Origin: Ignavibacteriota bacterium
GTDB lineage: Bacteria; Bacteroidota; Ignavibacteria; Tepidaquicellales; Tepidaquicellaceae
NCBI GenBank assembly: GCA_016218085.1
Contig: JACREY010000017.1
Span: 86,187 to 150,186 of the forward strand
Direction: 5' to 3'
Length of the DNA: 64,000 nt
Shown: positions 1 through 8,810 of the stretch, piece by piece
Layout of the letters: the number at the start of each line of letters is the position of its first letter
Numbering within the stretch: position 1 is the stretch's first letter
Program-made: the position numbers and the translations under genes
The notes under the pieces: generated by a model
Databases searched by the model: none
What the model was told of the DNA's origin: nothing
Seen by the model: only the letters and a program-made list of their open reading frames with translations

Positions 1-457
1 CTTCTTTATATTCCCAGAGTTCAAATGCCTTTAGTGCTTCCTCGTGCAGTGCCTGCTTTGTTGGGATTTTTCTTTTATGAAGCGCTGCTGCAAGTTCCCT
101 GTAAATATGGTCGTCTCGGAATCCGATTTTTGCCGCATCTTTTTTCGTGTTTGCAAAATATATTTTGCTTATATTCGCCCAGTAAATCGCCGAAAGGCAC
201 ATAGGACACGGCTCACAGCTTGTATAGATTTCACAGCCTTTCAAATCGAATGTTTTTAATTTCTTCGAGGCATCTCTGATTGCTGTTATTTCAGCGTGAG
301 CAGTCGGGTCATTTTTTTTTGTAACTTTATTAACGCCCTCTGCAATTATTTTTCCGTTCTTAACAATCACCGCACCAAACGGCCCGCCTCCCTGAGCTAC
401 ATTGATAATGGAAAGCCCGATGGCTTTCTTCATAAACTTTTTATTGAACACTCCCAT
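1..457 (-). CDS. Guanine-deaminase-type CDA-fold zinc deaminase. The 3' end runs off the window and the gene is absent from the ORF track.
   Basis: My own minus-strand translation from the ATG at 457-455 gives MGVFNKKFMKKAIGLS..GGPFGAVIVKNGKIIAEG..DPTAHAEITAIR..YTSCEPCPMCLSAIYW. It has the H-A-E and P-C-x-x-C zinc-deaminase motifs and overall resembles small GuaD-type guanine deaminases. The start overlaps the upstream stop (TAATG at 455-459). Confidence 0.75.
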   Translation of the reverse strand, partial: MGVFNKKFMKKAIGLSIINVAQGGGPFGAVIVKNGKIIAEGVNKVTKKNDPTAHAEITAIRDASKKLKTFDLKGCEIYTSCEPCPMCLSAIYWANISKIYFANTKKDAAKIGFRDDHIYRELAAALHKRKIPTKQALHEEALKAFELWEYKE

Positions 458-1524
458 TACTTGTTAATTTTCTCTTTCAGTTCCCTGAATGTTTTTACGT
501 CTCTTATCTGAAGCGCTTTATCGATAAGGATACTTGCGTTAGCTTTATCTTTCAGATTGAAATAGAAAAGTGCCTGCAGGTAATACACGCTGCCTTCATT
601 CACGCTGCCTTTTGCATAGGTAAGGCATTCTTCTCCGAGTTCAATTCCTTTTTTCCACTCCTCTTCTTTTCCTGTCTTGGCATATGAGTTCATATACATC
701 AGAAGATATTGAGCATAGCTGGTATTAAGTTCTTCGTCCGCTTTTCCGAATACTTCGAATGCCTTATCATAATATGTCTTAGCCAACTGATAGTCCATAT
801 TATCCTGATAGCATTTTTCCGCAAGTGCGATATATGCATTTTTACATTTATCACAATCGGGATAATCGGTAATAAACTGCTTGATTTTGTTCAGGTCGCC
901 GCTTCCGATAGCAAGATACAGAAGTGCACCGAGCTTGTATCCTTCTTTATTATCGGGGTCTCTATCCACGACTTTTTTGAAAAAAGGTTCAGCTTTTTTA
1001 TAGTCGCCGTCGTTTATAACTATTCTTTCGCCAAGGAAGTAGTTTGCCTTTACATCATCCGGATTATCTTTTATGATTTTCGAAAGAGCGCCGAAAGTAT
1101 TTATTCCTTCATTGAATTCTGTTATTCTTTTCAGAAAATCCTTTGCCGGCATATATCCGACAATCCTGTCCACTTCGTCGCCGTTTCCGTCAACGAAGAC
1201 TATCGTGGGATAGCCCGCAATTCCGTATTTCTTTGCCAGGTCCGGTCCTTCTCCTTTTTCGGCATCGATTTTCCAGTTGATTTGTTTTGCATTTGCAAAA
1301 TCCGCAACATCCTTATCCGTATAAACTTTATTATCGAGTTCCACGCACCATTTGCACCAGTCTGTGAAAAAATCTATCATCAGTATTTTATTTTCCGATT
1401 TTGCCTTTGTCAGGACTTCTGTGAAACTTCCTTTTTCGAACTTTATTTCCTCTGCATTTATTTTTAAGTTAAACAAGAAAATAACTGCGAGAATGATTAA
1501 GCTTATTCTGATTGTATTTTTCAT
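457..1524 (-). CDS. Secreted thioredoxin-fold protein with a C-terminal TPR-like region
   Basis: There is a signal-like N-terminus (MKNTIRISLIILAVIFLF) and the motif DFFTDWCKWC (CxxC) in a thioredoxin-like context (GYPTIVFVD). The C-terminal half is helical-repeat/TPR-like. I prefer the ATG at 1524 over the 1557 start in the track. Confidence 0.75.
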   Translation of the reverse strand: MKNTIRISLIILAVIFLFNLKINAEEIKFEKGSFTEVLTKAKSENKILMIDFFTDWCKWCVELDNKVYTDKDVADFANAKQINWKIDAEKGEGPDLAKKYGIAGYPTIVFVDGNGDEVDRIVGYMPAKDFLKRITEFNEGINTFGALSKIIKDNPDDVKANYFLGERIVINDGDYKKAEPFFKKVVDRDPDNKEGYKLGALLYLAIGSGDLNKIKQFITDYPDCDKCKNAYIALAEKCYQDNMDYQLAKTYYDKAFEVFGKADEELNTSYAQYLLMYMNSYAKTGKEEEWKKGIELGEECLTYAKGSVNEGSVYYLQALFYFNLKDKANASILIDKALQIRDVKTFRELKEKINK

Positions 1525-1628
1525 ATTAATAATTATTATTTTCAACAAAATTAGCAAATTTAAAAAACAATACCCACAGAATTATCCATGGGTATTATTT
1601 TTAACAATTATATATTGATTTTCGTTTA

Positions 1629-3167
1629 TCAGAAATTCCAGTCAAGCGAGAGGTGGAACAGATTAGTGCTGAGTTCGCTTGTGCTTCCTGCATATTCCGA
1701 TGCAACAAGGTGCGGATTGCTTCCGGTCAGTTTTCTGTCCAGAGCCGTTTCGAATGCAGCATTAATCATAATGTTAGGATTAATTTTATATCCTGCGCCG
1801 AAAGTAAAGTGATGCTCGACAACTGCAGGGAATACAGAAAATACGGTAGTCTCGGGTACCGGATTGCTGCCGTAGACATAACCGAGTCTCAGAGCAAACT
1901 GATTCACGGGATAATACTCACCTCCGACTTTTAAAATATACGAATCTGTCCAGTTCAGCGGAAAGTCAATTGTAACAGTGCTTCCGCCCATCATTTTATT
2001 GATATTGTCATTCGAGCCGTTTGTCATTGTAAGCGACATTTTATCGAATGCATTGGACCAGTTCACCCATTCAAAATCAAAACCGAGTTTAACATTATCG
2101 GAAGGTTTAAGGGACATTCCGAATCCGATTGACTTGGGAAGTTTAAGACCGACTTCCAGGTCATAATTTGCAAGCATGCCTTTGCTGAGGTCAATACCCA
2201 TCGAAGCAAAATTCATTCCGATATATTTAAATGCAGTATCAAGGGGAATTCCGCCTGTTCCGGGCTGAGAATAGAATCCCATAACTGCTCTTCCCATAGC
2301 ATCTTCAAACTGCTTTGACATATCCATAGTCGCTTTGCCGTTTTTATAGGTAAGTTTTGAAGGGAGTGAATATGTAAATCCGAAAGAAATCATTTCGTTG
2401 AATTTATATGCAAGACCCACTTTACCGCCGAAAGTAATTACATTTAATTCTTTCATATCTGCTGTTGCAGTAACTTCATTGTAACCGAATCCGCCCATTG
2501 AAGGAGGAGCCGAAAACATTTGTCCGAAAGTCATTCCCGGCATTGCGCTTCCCTTCATTATCGAAGGAGATAGACTGTAAGGTATTCCAAATTCCATCTG
2601 ACTGTAGACAAGGTGTGCTGACAGACCAAAGGAAAAATTATTGTTAAAGGCATATGCACCGCTCAGTCCGCCCTGCATTACAGCAAACTTCGAATGGTAA
2701 GTCTGTTCCTGATAATCGCCTTTCACGGGATAATAAGTGCCGTTTGAGGAATTGTATCCGTATGTCTGTGTTCTGTAAAGTTCATTTTTCAGATTTAAAT
2801 CCGCACCCATTCCACCCTGAGTAAAAACACCTGCACCCCAGGTGAATTTTGAATCTTTTTTATATTTATTAACAAAACCTGCACTCGGAAGAGGGAAAAA
2901 GTTATTATCGCCGTCTTTATCGTTCAGTGAATTTTTAAAATGAACTTTGGGCATCATACCTGAAATATCCAGATTAAGCTTAGAGGAGCTCAGGAAAGAA
3001 ATTCCGGCGGGATTGGTCATCAATAATTCCGTACCATCGAAGAATCCTATTGATGTACCGCCGCGTCCCATACTTTTGGCGTCGAATCCGATAAGGCGTG
3101 TGCCATTTTGCGCAAATAAATTTGCAGATAGTAAAACTAAAAACAAGATTGCTAAAGATTTTTTCAT
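1629..3167 (-). CDS. FadL/TodX-family outer-membrane channel for hydrophobic substrates
   Basis: Signal peptide (LSANLFAQ), the N-terminal motif GRGGTSIGFFDG..LMTNPAGISFL typical of FadL/Toluene_X proteins, alternating beta-strand pattern, and a terminal aromatic residue (..LDWNF). Confidence 0.75.
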   Translation of the reverse strand: MKKSLAILFLVLLSANLFAQNGTRLIGFDAKSMGRGGTSIGFFDGTELLMTNPAGISFLSSSKLNLDISGMMPKVHFKNSLNDKDGDNNFFPLPSAGFVNKYKKDSKFTWGAGVFTQGGMGADLNLKNELYRTQTYGYNSSNGTYYPVKGDYQEQTYHSKFAVMQGGLSGAYAFNNNFSFGLSAHLVYSQMEFGIPYSLSPSIMKGSAMPGMTFGQMFSAPPSMGGFGYNEVTATADMKELNVITFGGKVGLAYKFNEMISFGFTYSLPSKLTYKNGKATMDMSKQFEDAMGRAVMGFYSQPGTGGIPLDTAFKYIGMNFASMGIDLSKGMLANYDLEVGLKLPKSIGFGMSLKPSDNVKLGFDFEWVNWSNAFDKMSLTMTNGSNDNINKMMGGSTVTIDFPLNWTDSYILKVGGEYYPVNQFALRLGYVYGSNPVPETTVFSVFPAVVEHHFTFGAGYKINPNIMINAAFETALDRKLTGSNPHLVASEYAGSTSELSTNLFHLSLDWNF

Positions 3168-3197
3168 AGTTTATTATTATAATTTAAAAAATATTTA

Positions 3198-3842
3198 TTA
3201 ACATCCTTCTTTTTTCTTTTTAGGTTCAGAAGTTGTACCCGGAGTTGTTGTCGGGGCTTCGAGTTTTGGAGCCTGAACTTTCGGCTTGTCTTTTACATCG
3301 GCTGTACTGCCTGTCTGCGGTGTTCCGCCGAAGAATTTGCTTACTTCTTTTATCTTCTCGAAAGCTGCCAGCTGTTCGGGTGTGGCATTTTCGGGAATTT
3401 TCGGAAAGAGTATTTTTTCATTCCACTCTTCCAGACCTCCGAAAAGAATATACACGCCCTTGAAATCCTTAGCTTTTAATATCATCCATCCCTGCGCTGA
3501 ATGTATTCCGCCTTCTGAATACAAAATAATTTTTTCATTCTTCATAAGGTCTGCTTTATCCAGAGTCTGCATCGGAATATTCTCTGCACCGGGGATATGA
3601 TATTCAGCAAATTCCTTTTCGGTTCTAAGGTCAATTATCCTGTAATCAGATTTTCCCTGAATTATCCAGTCAGCTAATTCATCAACTTTTACGTGATCAA
3701 CTGCGTTACCGGTAATTAGTGCAAGTTCTTTTGAGTTAATATTATAGAAACTTCCTTTATAAGGACTTCCGAGAAAAATGGCAAAAAATCCGAGCAGGAG
3801 TGCAATGCCAGCCAGTTTTTTATTCAGACTTAAATTCTTCAT
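3198..3842 (-). CDS. Membrane-anchored rhodanese-homology protein. The active-site Cys is replaced by Ser, and a Pro/Thr/Lys-rich tail ends in the protein's only Cys.
   Basis: N-terminal TM helix. Rhodanese pattern RIIDLRTEKEFAEYHIPGAENIP...ILYSEGGIHSAQ...FGGLEEW. The C-terminus reads ...APTTTPGTTSEPKKKKEGC. The start abuts the upstream stop (TGA-ATG at 3840-3845). Confidence 0.8.
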   Translation of the reverse strand: MKNLSLNKKLAGIALLLGFFAIFLGSPYKGSFYNINSKELALITGNAVDHVKVDELADWIIQGKSDYRIIDLRTEKEFAEYHIPGAENIPMQTLDKADLMKNEKIILYSEGGIHSAQGWMILKAKDFKGVYILFGGLEEWNEKILFPKIPENATPEQLAAFEKIKEVSKFFGGTPQTGSTADVKDKPKVQAPKLEAPTTTPGTTSEPKKKKEGC

Positions 3843-4469
3843 TCATTTATCCATCCTTTCAGGAATAACGCTTCCTTCTTTTCCTGCATTCTTCTTTTCC
3901 GCCCATTCTGCTGCAATGAAACCGCCGATAGCCATCAGTACAACCGCAAAGACAAGAAGACCATAAGGGATGTTTGACCATTGAGCAATAGTTAATTGAC
4001 CCATAGGAGTTGCATTGTAAAGCCCTTTAACCAGCGGGAAGAATTCATCAAATACCAGTATACCAAGAAAAACCCCGATCACATACACAATCCCGTCTTT
4101 TTTTCCCGTCGCAGCAGATACACAGGAGGTACCGGGGCAGTATCCACCGATAACAAATCCGAATCCGAGAATCAGACCGCCTATTGCCTGCGGAAGTATA
4201 TTAGTGGGCACAAGATAAACCAGAGATAAATCTATAAATCCAATTACTGATAAATAATATACTCCAAGCATTGCGGTCACAATTGCAGTGAACATAACTT
4301 TCAGGACGCTCATATCCCTGAAGTAAAACTGCATTGCAAGTTTCTTACCGTTTCCGAATCCGGCTCTTTCGAGAAAGAATCCGAAACCGATTCCGATTAC
4401 GAAAGCGATAATAAGACTGACATTGTCTCCGAACAATCCGTATTTAAAAAATGGTGCATTCATGTCCAC
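3843..4469 (-). CDS. YeeE/YedE-family sulfur-compound transporter, half-size subunit 2
   Basis: Polytopic membrane protein with the GGYCPGTS motif typical of YeeE/YedE (PF04143-type) repeats. It overlaps the upstream partner by 10 nt. Confidence 0.8.
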   Translation of the reverse strand: MDMNAPFFKYGLFGDNVSLIIAFVIGIGFGFFLERAGFGNGKKLAMQFYFRDMSVLKVMFTAIVTAMLGVYYLSVIGFIDLSLVYLVPTNILPQAIGGLILGFGFVIGGYCPGTSCVSAATGKKDGIVYVIGVFLGILVFDEFFPLVKGLYNATPMGQLTIAQWSNIPYGLLVFAVVLMAIGGFIAAEWAEKKNAGKEGSVIPERMDK

Positions 4470-5017
4470 TGCCTCCTCATAAAATAAGCCAGTGCATAAG
4501 CTCCTGCAAAAACGCAGAGCATAAAAACCCAGCTTCCCAGGTTTAATAGAGCCCCTCCGGTCAGTGCCTGACCGCTTGTGCAGCCTCTTGCAAGCTTTGC
4601 GCCGAATCCCATAATTGCACCGCCCAGTAATGCAAACACGAGGCGTTTTCCGTTAGAGATATTCGGTCCTTTAAAAGTAGTAATTTTTATTCTACCTGCA
4701 AGTGCACCCGAAATAAACCCGCCGGCAATCACACCAATTACTTCAAACACAAGCCAGTCTTTAAGCGGATTTACCCCGCCTTCAAAATTTTCCTTAAGAT
4801 ATTCGTTTGAGTTTACGTGCTGAGGAGCAACGGCATTCAAACCAGATGCAATCACAGACCCAAAGGCTCCTGATGCTCCGAGTCCCCTGCCCATTACGAT
4901 GAAAGCAAGCAGAAGAACAAGCCCTAGTCCGATACCTGAAAGATATGGATTCCAGTACGGCTTCGCCTTATCTGTTTCAGCTTTTTTTATTTCAGCTGTT
5001 TGTGTTAATTCAGACAT
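4460..5017 (-). CDS. YeeE/YedE-family sulfur-compound transporter, half-size subunit 1
   Basis: Polytopic membrane protein with the ARGCTSGQALTG motif characteristic of YeeE/YedE. Confidence 0.8.
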   Translation of the reverse strand: MSELTQTAEIKKAETDKAKPYWNPYLSGIGLGLVLLLAFIVMGRGLGASGAFGSVIASGLNAVAPQHVNSNEYLKENFEGGVNPLKDWLVFEVIGVIAGGFISGALAGRIKITTFKGPNISNGKRLVFALLGGAIMGFGAKLARGCTSGQALTGGALLNLGSWVFMLCVFAGAYALAYFMRRQWT

Positions 5018-5046
5018 AATAATTTTTTTTATTATTTAATAATATA

Positions 5047-5997
5047 TTATTCTAAAAATGCTTTTTTAGTCCAGTGGCTGAGCTGCCCGGCATACACAAT
5101 TACAAATCTTAAAACCAAACCGCCTGCTATAACCATAATAGGTGCAACAGGTGTATGTTTGATTTTATGCCTGACTGCGAGAGACTGAATAATCAGAGGA
5201 ATAACGATTCCCAATCCGACTACAAATACCCAGAATGCCGGTGCATAGGCTCCGCTTAATATAATGTCAGCCGCATTAATGTGAACCTGTGTTGAACTTA
5301 GTAGTCCGATAATAAAAAGAAATAATATTACCAGTTCAGCCATAAGGAAACCGTTATCCGCTTTTGCAAGAGTTATACTTTCTTCCTTATTTTTGGTAAT
5401 TAAATGGACAAGTGCCGAAGCCGTTGAAAGACCGGATACAAGGAAAAGCAAACCGAGAATTGCACTGTTCCACAGCGGCCTTGCGCCGAAGGAACTCAGA
5501 AGTATTCCGGTGTACACACCAAGCATAATTCCAAGAACCATATTAATTATGCCTACTGCTTTAACATAATTGGGATTTGAATTAAGCTTCTCCGACCAGG
5601 TGAACAAAAATTTTAATTTCGTCGGCAGGTACCATGGCAGTCGGATAATCATATTAAGAATTAAAGCCGGATATACCAGAATCAGTATCCAGGCACCCCA
5701 TGACATCGGGGATGCAATCTGAAAAGTTGTATACATCCTCCAGACATGAACTTTATAGTCGAGGTCGAGAAAAAGAGCGAACATACCTATACTAAGCAGT
5801 ATAATACCAAGAGTAGGAAGATACAGGCATGAACAGGTATCTTCCTTTTCCCTGCCCCTGTAAAGGAAATATCCGGATACAATCATCATACCTGCGACAA
5901 GTCCTCCGAGAAAAAGGTACACGGCAATTTCCCATCCGTATATATGCATTACCGGGTCAACTAAATGATTGCTCCTCGTTGTTGTAAATTCATTCAT
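5047..5997 (-). CDS. NrfD/PsrC-type integral-membrane quinol-oxidising anchor subunit
   Basis: A 316-aa protein with about 8 hydrophobic helices, directly downstream of the FeS and molybdopterin subunits. Confidence 0.85.
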   Translation of the reverse strand: MNEFTTTRSNHLVDPVMHIYGWEIAVYLFLGGLVAGMMIVSGYFLYRGREKEDTCSCLYLPTLGIILLSIGMFALFLDLDYKVHVWRMYTTFQIASPMSWGAWILILVYPALILNMIIRLPWYLPTKLKFLFTWSEKLNSNPNYVKAVGIINMVLGIMLGVYTGILLSSFGARPLWNSAILGLLFLVSGLSTASALVHLITKNKEESITLAKADNGFLMAELVILFLFIIGLLSSTQVHINAADIILSGAYAPAFWVFVVGLGIVIPLIIQSLAVRHKIKHTPVAPIMVIAGGLVLRFVIVYAGQLSHWTKKAFLE

Positions 5998-6016
5998 TTT
6001 TTACTCCGAAAATTTT

Positions 6017-6556
6017 TTAATCAATATAAAATATCTGTGGCTTTGTTCCCGCTTCAGGAACCAATGCCTTATTTTTCCGTGAATTCAAGAGCCTGCTTAC
6101 CTCGCTGTTAGGGTCATCCAAATCGCCGAAGTACATGCATCTGGTCGGACAGACAGATACGCATGCAGGATTTAATCCTTCTTCAACCCTGTGAATGCAG
6201 AATGTACACTTGTCCGCATATCCATCCGGATTAATAAACCTTGCATCGTATGGACACGCAGCGATGCAGGCTTTGCAGCCGCTGCATTTATCGTGATGAA
6301 CAAGTACAACACCCCCTAAATCGTGCACGTGACTTGCACCGCACGGACAGCACGATACACAGGGCGGGCTATCGCAATGGTTGCACCTCTCTGTTCTAAT
6401 CTGCATCTGGATATTCGGAAATGTTCCTTTTGAATCTGTAGCAATCCAGTCCCGGCAGAAACCCTCGGGTACGTTGTTTTCAGTTTTACAGGCAACAACG
6501 CAATCCATGCACCCAACGCATTTTTTTGTGTCAATTACCATTCCAAATCTTGCCAT
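6017..6556 (-). CDS. 4x[4Fe-4S] ferredoxin-type electron-transfer subunit (PsrB/PhsB-like)
   Basis: Four Cys clusters: CVGCMDCVVAC, CNHCDSPPCVSCCP, CSGCKACIAACP, CTFC..CVSVCP. Confidence 0.9.
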   Translation of the reverse strand: MARFGMVIDTKKCVGCMDCVVACKTENNVPEGFCRDWIATDSKGTFPNIQMQIRTERCNHCDSPPCVSCCPCGASHVHDLGGVVLVHHDKCSGCKACIAACPYDARFINPDGYADKCTFCIHRVEEGLNPACVSVCPTRCMYFGDLDDPNSEVSRLLNSRKNKALVPEAGTKPQIFYID

Positions 6557-6589
6557 AATCTTTTATGTAATTTTATTATAAATTAATTA

Positions 6590-8803
6590 TTATAATTCGA
6601 GAGTTACAAAATTAACGTTCATTCCTGTTCCGCCCATCAGAGGGTCAACTGTATATTGCGTTATCATTTGTGAATCGCTGGCACCCTTCAAAAAAGCTTG
6701 GCGGAGTTTCTTGGAAGTATGCCCGAATCCGTGAGTCATATAAACGCAGTCCTGCCTTATTCTTTCAGTTGCTTTTACTTTAATTTTATTGCTCACTACT
6801 CCATCCTGATTTTTCAATTTCACATAATCTCCGCTTTTTACCCCAAGGCGCTTTGCAATATTAATATTAAGCCATAATTCGTTTTCATCCTGCATTTCAG
6901 TAAGCAGTTTGTTATTCTGTGTCTTGCTGAATGTATGTACAGGAGATCTTCCGAATATTAGCCTGAAGAATCCGGGAGGAGGTTCCTTGTGTTTTTTGAA
7001 TTTCGGAACCGGGTCGTGTCCCAGTCCTGCCAGCTGCAACGAGTAAAATTCAATTTTACCCGATGGTGTAGGAAATTCAGGGTTGATTCCCTCATTAAAA
7101 AATATCGGTTGTTTAGCTCCTTTGATGATTCCTTTTTTCTTTAATTCATCATAGCTTAGTCCTGCGGCAGTCATTCTGTATTTAATATATTCTTCAATAT
7201 CATTCCACGGGAAGTAATGTCCGAGTCCTAGTTTATCGGCGAGCTTTTTTGCAATCCACCAGTTCGGCTTCTGTTCGTTCGGAGAATCCATAACCGGTTG
7301 ACGCAAAGCTACAAAAGGTTCTTTGAAAAATTCGACATTTATATCATCAAATCTTTCAAGGTATACAGATTCAGGAAGAACAACATCAGCCCAGCCTGCA
7401 AGTTCTGTTGGCACAACATCAACAACGACCAGCAAATCAAGATTCTGGATTGCCTTTAGAGTTTCATCCTGATTCGGCATTGCATACAGAAGGTTTGTAC
7501 CGTATGTAATCCAACCTTTTATCGGGTAAGGTTTTCCGGTTATGGTTGCTTCCCTGACTCCGTTTGTAATGGTATCGTGTCCTTCTGTTGCAAACGGATA
7601 AATCGTGTTTCCAGGATTATCCACTTTGCCTTTCTCCGGTTTTGGATACGGTGGATAGGGGTAATTCGGTACGCTCATACTTGCAGGATAATAATACCCT
7701 CCTTTTCTTCCCCAGCTTCCCATAAGAGCATTCAGCAATGCAATAGCGCGGCTACGCTGGGTATCGTCACCGTACCATGTAGTATGCCTTCCCGAATGAA
7801 TAAGAGTTGCAGGTTTGTGCTTTGCCATTTCCCTTGCACTTGTCCTTATTAATTCAGGTTCAATACCGGTTTCTGTATAAGCCCATTCAGGTGTGTATTG
7901 CTGTATTTCAGCCTTGAACTGTTCGAAGCCAAATCCGTATTTATCAACATAATCCTTGTCAAACAGATTTTCATCAACAATTACTTTCATCCAGGCAAGT
8001 AATAATGCAATATCGGTACCGGGTTTTATCGGCAGGTAATATTTTGCTTTGCCTGCGGCGACTGAAAATCTCGGATCGACAACAATGATGCTACCGCCTG
8101 CTCCGTTCATTTCAGCAAATTCCTGAACCTGTGTATTATGCATATTCTCGCCAAGGTGCGATCCGATTAATACGAGACATTTTGCATTCTGAATATCCAT
8201 TCGTTCAGGCGAGCCGACATCTTCACCGAATGTTAGTCTGAATCCGATATCCCTTGGTCCTCTGCATTGGGCAAAAGACGGTGCGGAAATATTAGGAGTA
8301 CCATATGCTTTCATCATGTGCTTAATAAAATTACCTCCGATTCCATGGACGAAATAAGCCATCGATTCAGGACCAAAGGATGTTTTTATCCTGTTCATTT
8401 TGTCAGCAATATAAGACAGCGCCTCATCCCAGGTAACTTCTACCCACTGCTCCTGCCCTCTTTCAGTTTTCCTGATTAAAGGTGATTTCAGTCTGTCGGG
8501 ATCCCTGAACGCACCCGGGCCGCCTGTACCGCGCGGACAAAGTCTACCGCGGCTGAGCGGGTCTTCGGGATTGCCTTCAATCTTCCAAAGTTCGCCGTTT
8601 TTAACGTAAGCTATCGAGCCGCATTTCCAGAAGCACAAATCGCAGAAAGTCGGAATTTTCTTAACTCCTTTTCCGTTCTCGTACTTTTTATCAATGTAAG
8701 CATTGGATTTCTTCACCAGTCCGCCCAAAGTGCTGCCGGCTACAACAAGACCCGCAGTCGCTCCTGTAATCTTTAAAAACTTTCTTCTAGATAAAGAATT
8801 CAT
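6590..8803 (-). CDS. Tat-exported molybdopterin (bis-MGD) oxidoreductase catalytic subunit, polysulfide/thiosulfate-reductase-like
   Basis: Twin-arginine signal SRRKFLKITGATAG. N-terminal FeS motif C-DL-C-FWK-C...C-PRG. The 737-aa size and the A-B-C gene order are typical of the Psr/Phs family. Confidence 0.9.
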   Translation of the reverse strand: MNSLSRRKFLKITGATAGLVVAGSTLGGLVKKSNAYIDKKYENGKGVKKIPTFCDLCFWKCGSIAYVKNGELWKIEGNPEDPLSRGRLCPRGTGGPGAFRDPDRLKSPLIRKTERGQEQWVEVTWDEALSYIADKMNRIKTSFGPESMAYFVHGIGGNFIKHMMKAYGTPNISAPSFAQCRGPRDIGFRLTFGEDVGSPERMDIQNAKCLVLIGSHLGENMHNTQVQEFAEMNGAGGSIIVVDPRFSVAAGKAKYYLPIKPGTDIALLLAWMKVIVDENLFDKDYVDKYGFGFEQFKAEIQQYTPEWAYTETGIEPELIRTSAREMAKHKPATLIHSGRHTTWYGDDTQRSRAIALLNALMGSWGRKGGYYYPASMSVPNYPYPPYPKPEKGKVDNPGNTIYPFATEGHDTITNGVREATITGKPYPIKGWITYGTNLLYAMPNQDETLKAIQNLDLLVVVDVVPTELAGWADVVLPESVYLERFDDINVEFFKEPFVALRQPVMDSPNEQKPNWWIAKKLADKLGLGHYFPWNDIEEYIKYRMTAAGLSYDELKKKGIIKGAKQPIFFNEGINPEFPTPSGKIEFYSLQLAGLGHDPVPKFKKHKEPPPGFFRLIFGRSPVHTFSKTQNNKLLTEMQDENELWLNINIAKRLGVKSGDYVKLKNQDGVVSNKIKVKATERIRQDCVYMTHGFGHTSKKLRQAFLKGASDSQMITQYTVDPLMGGTGMNVNFVTLEL

Positions 8804-8810
8804 AAGAAAA

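Noticed and set aside
709-1467. 252-aa plus-strand ORF antisense to the Trx-TPR gene. Similar long antisense or alternate-frame ORFs occur at 14881-15375, 14958-15317, 27230-27793, 41383-41763, 44712-45266, 51835-52338 and 52170-52613.
   Set aside because: The products are low-complexity or Phe/Leu/Ser-rich with no motifs. Each lies fully inside a gene on the other strand or frame that carries clear family signatures. They are typical shadow ORFs of AT-rich or repeat-rich coding sequence.
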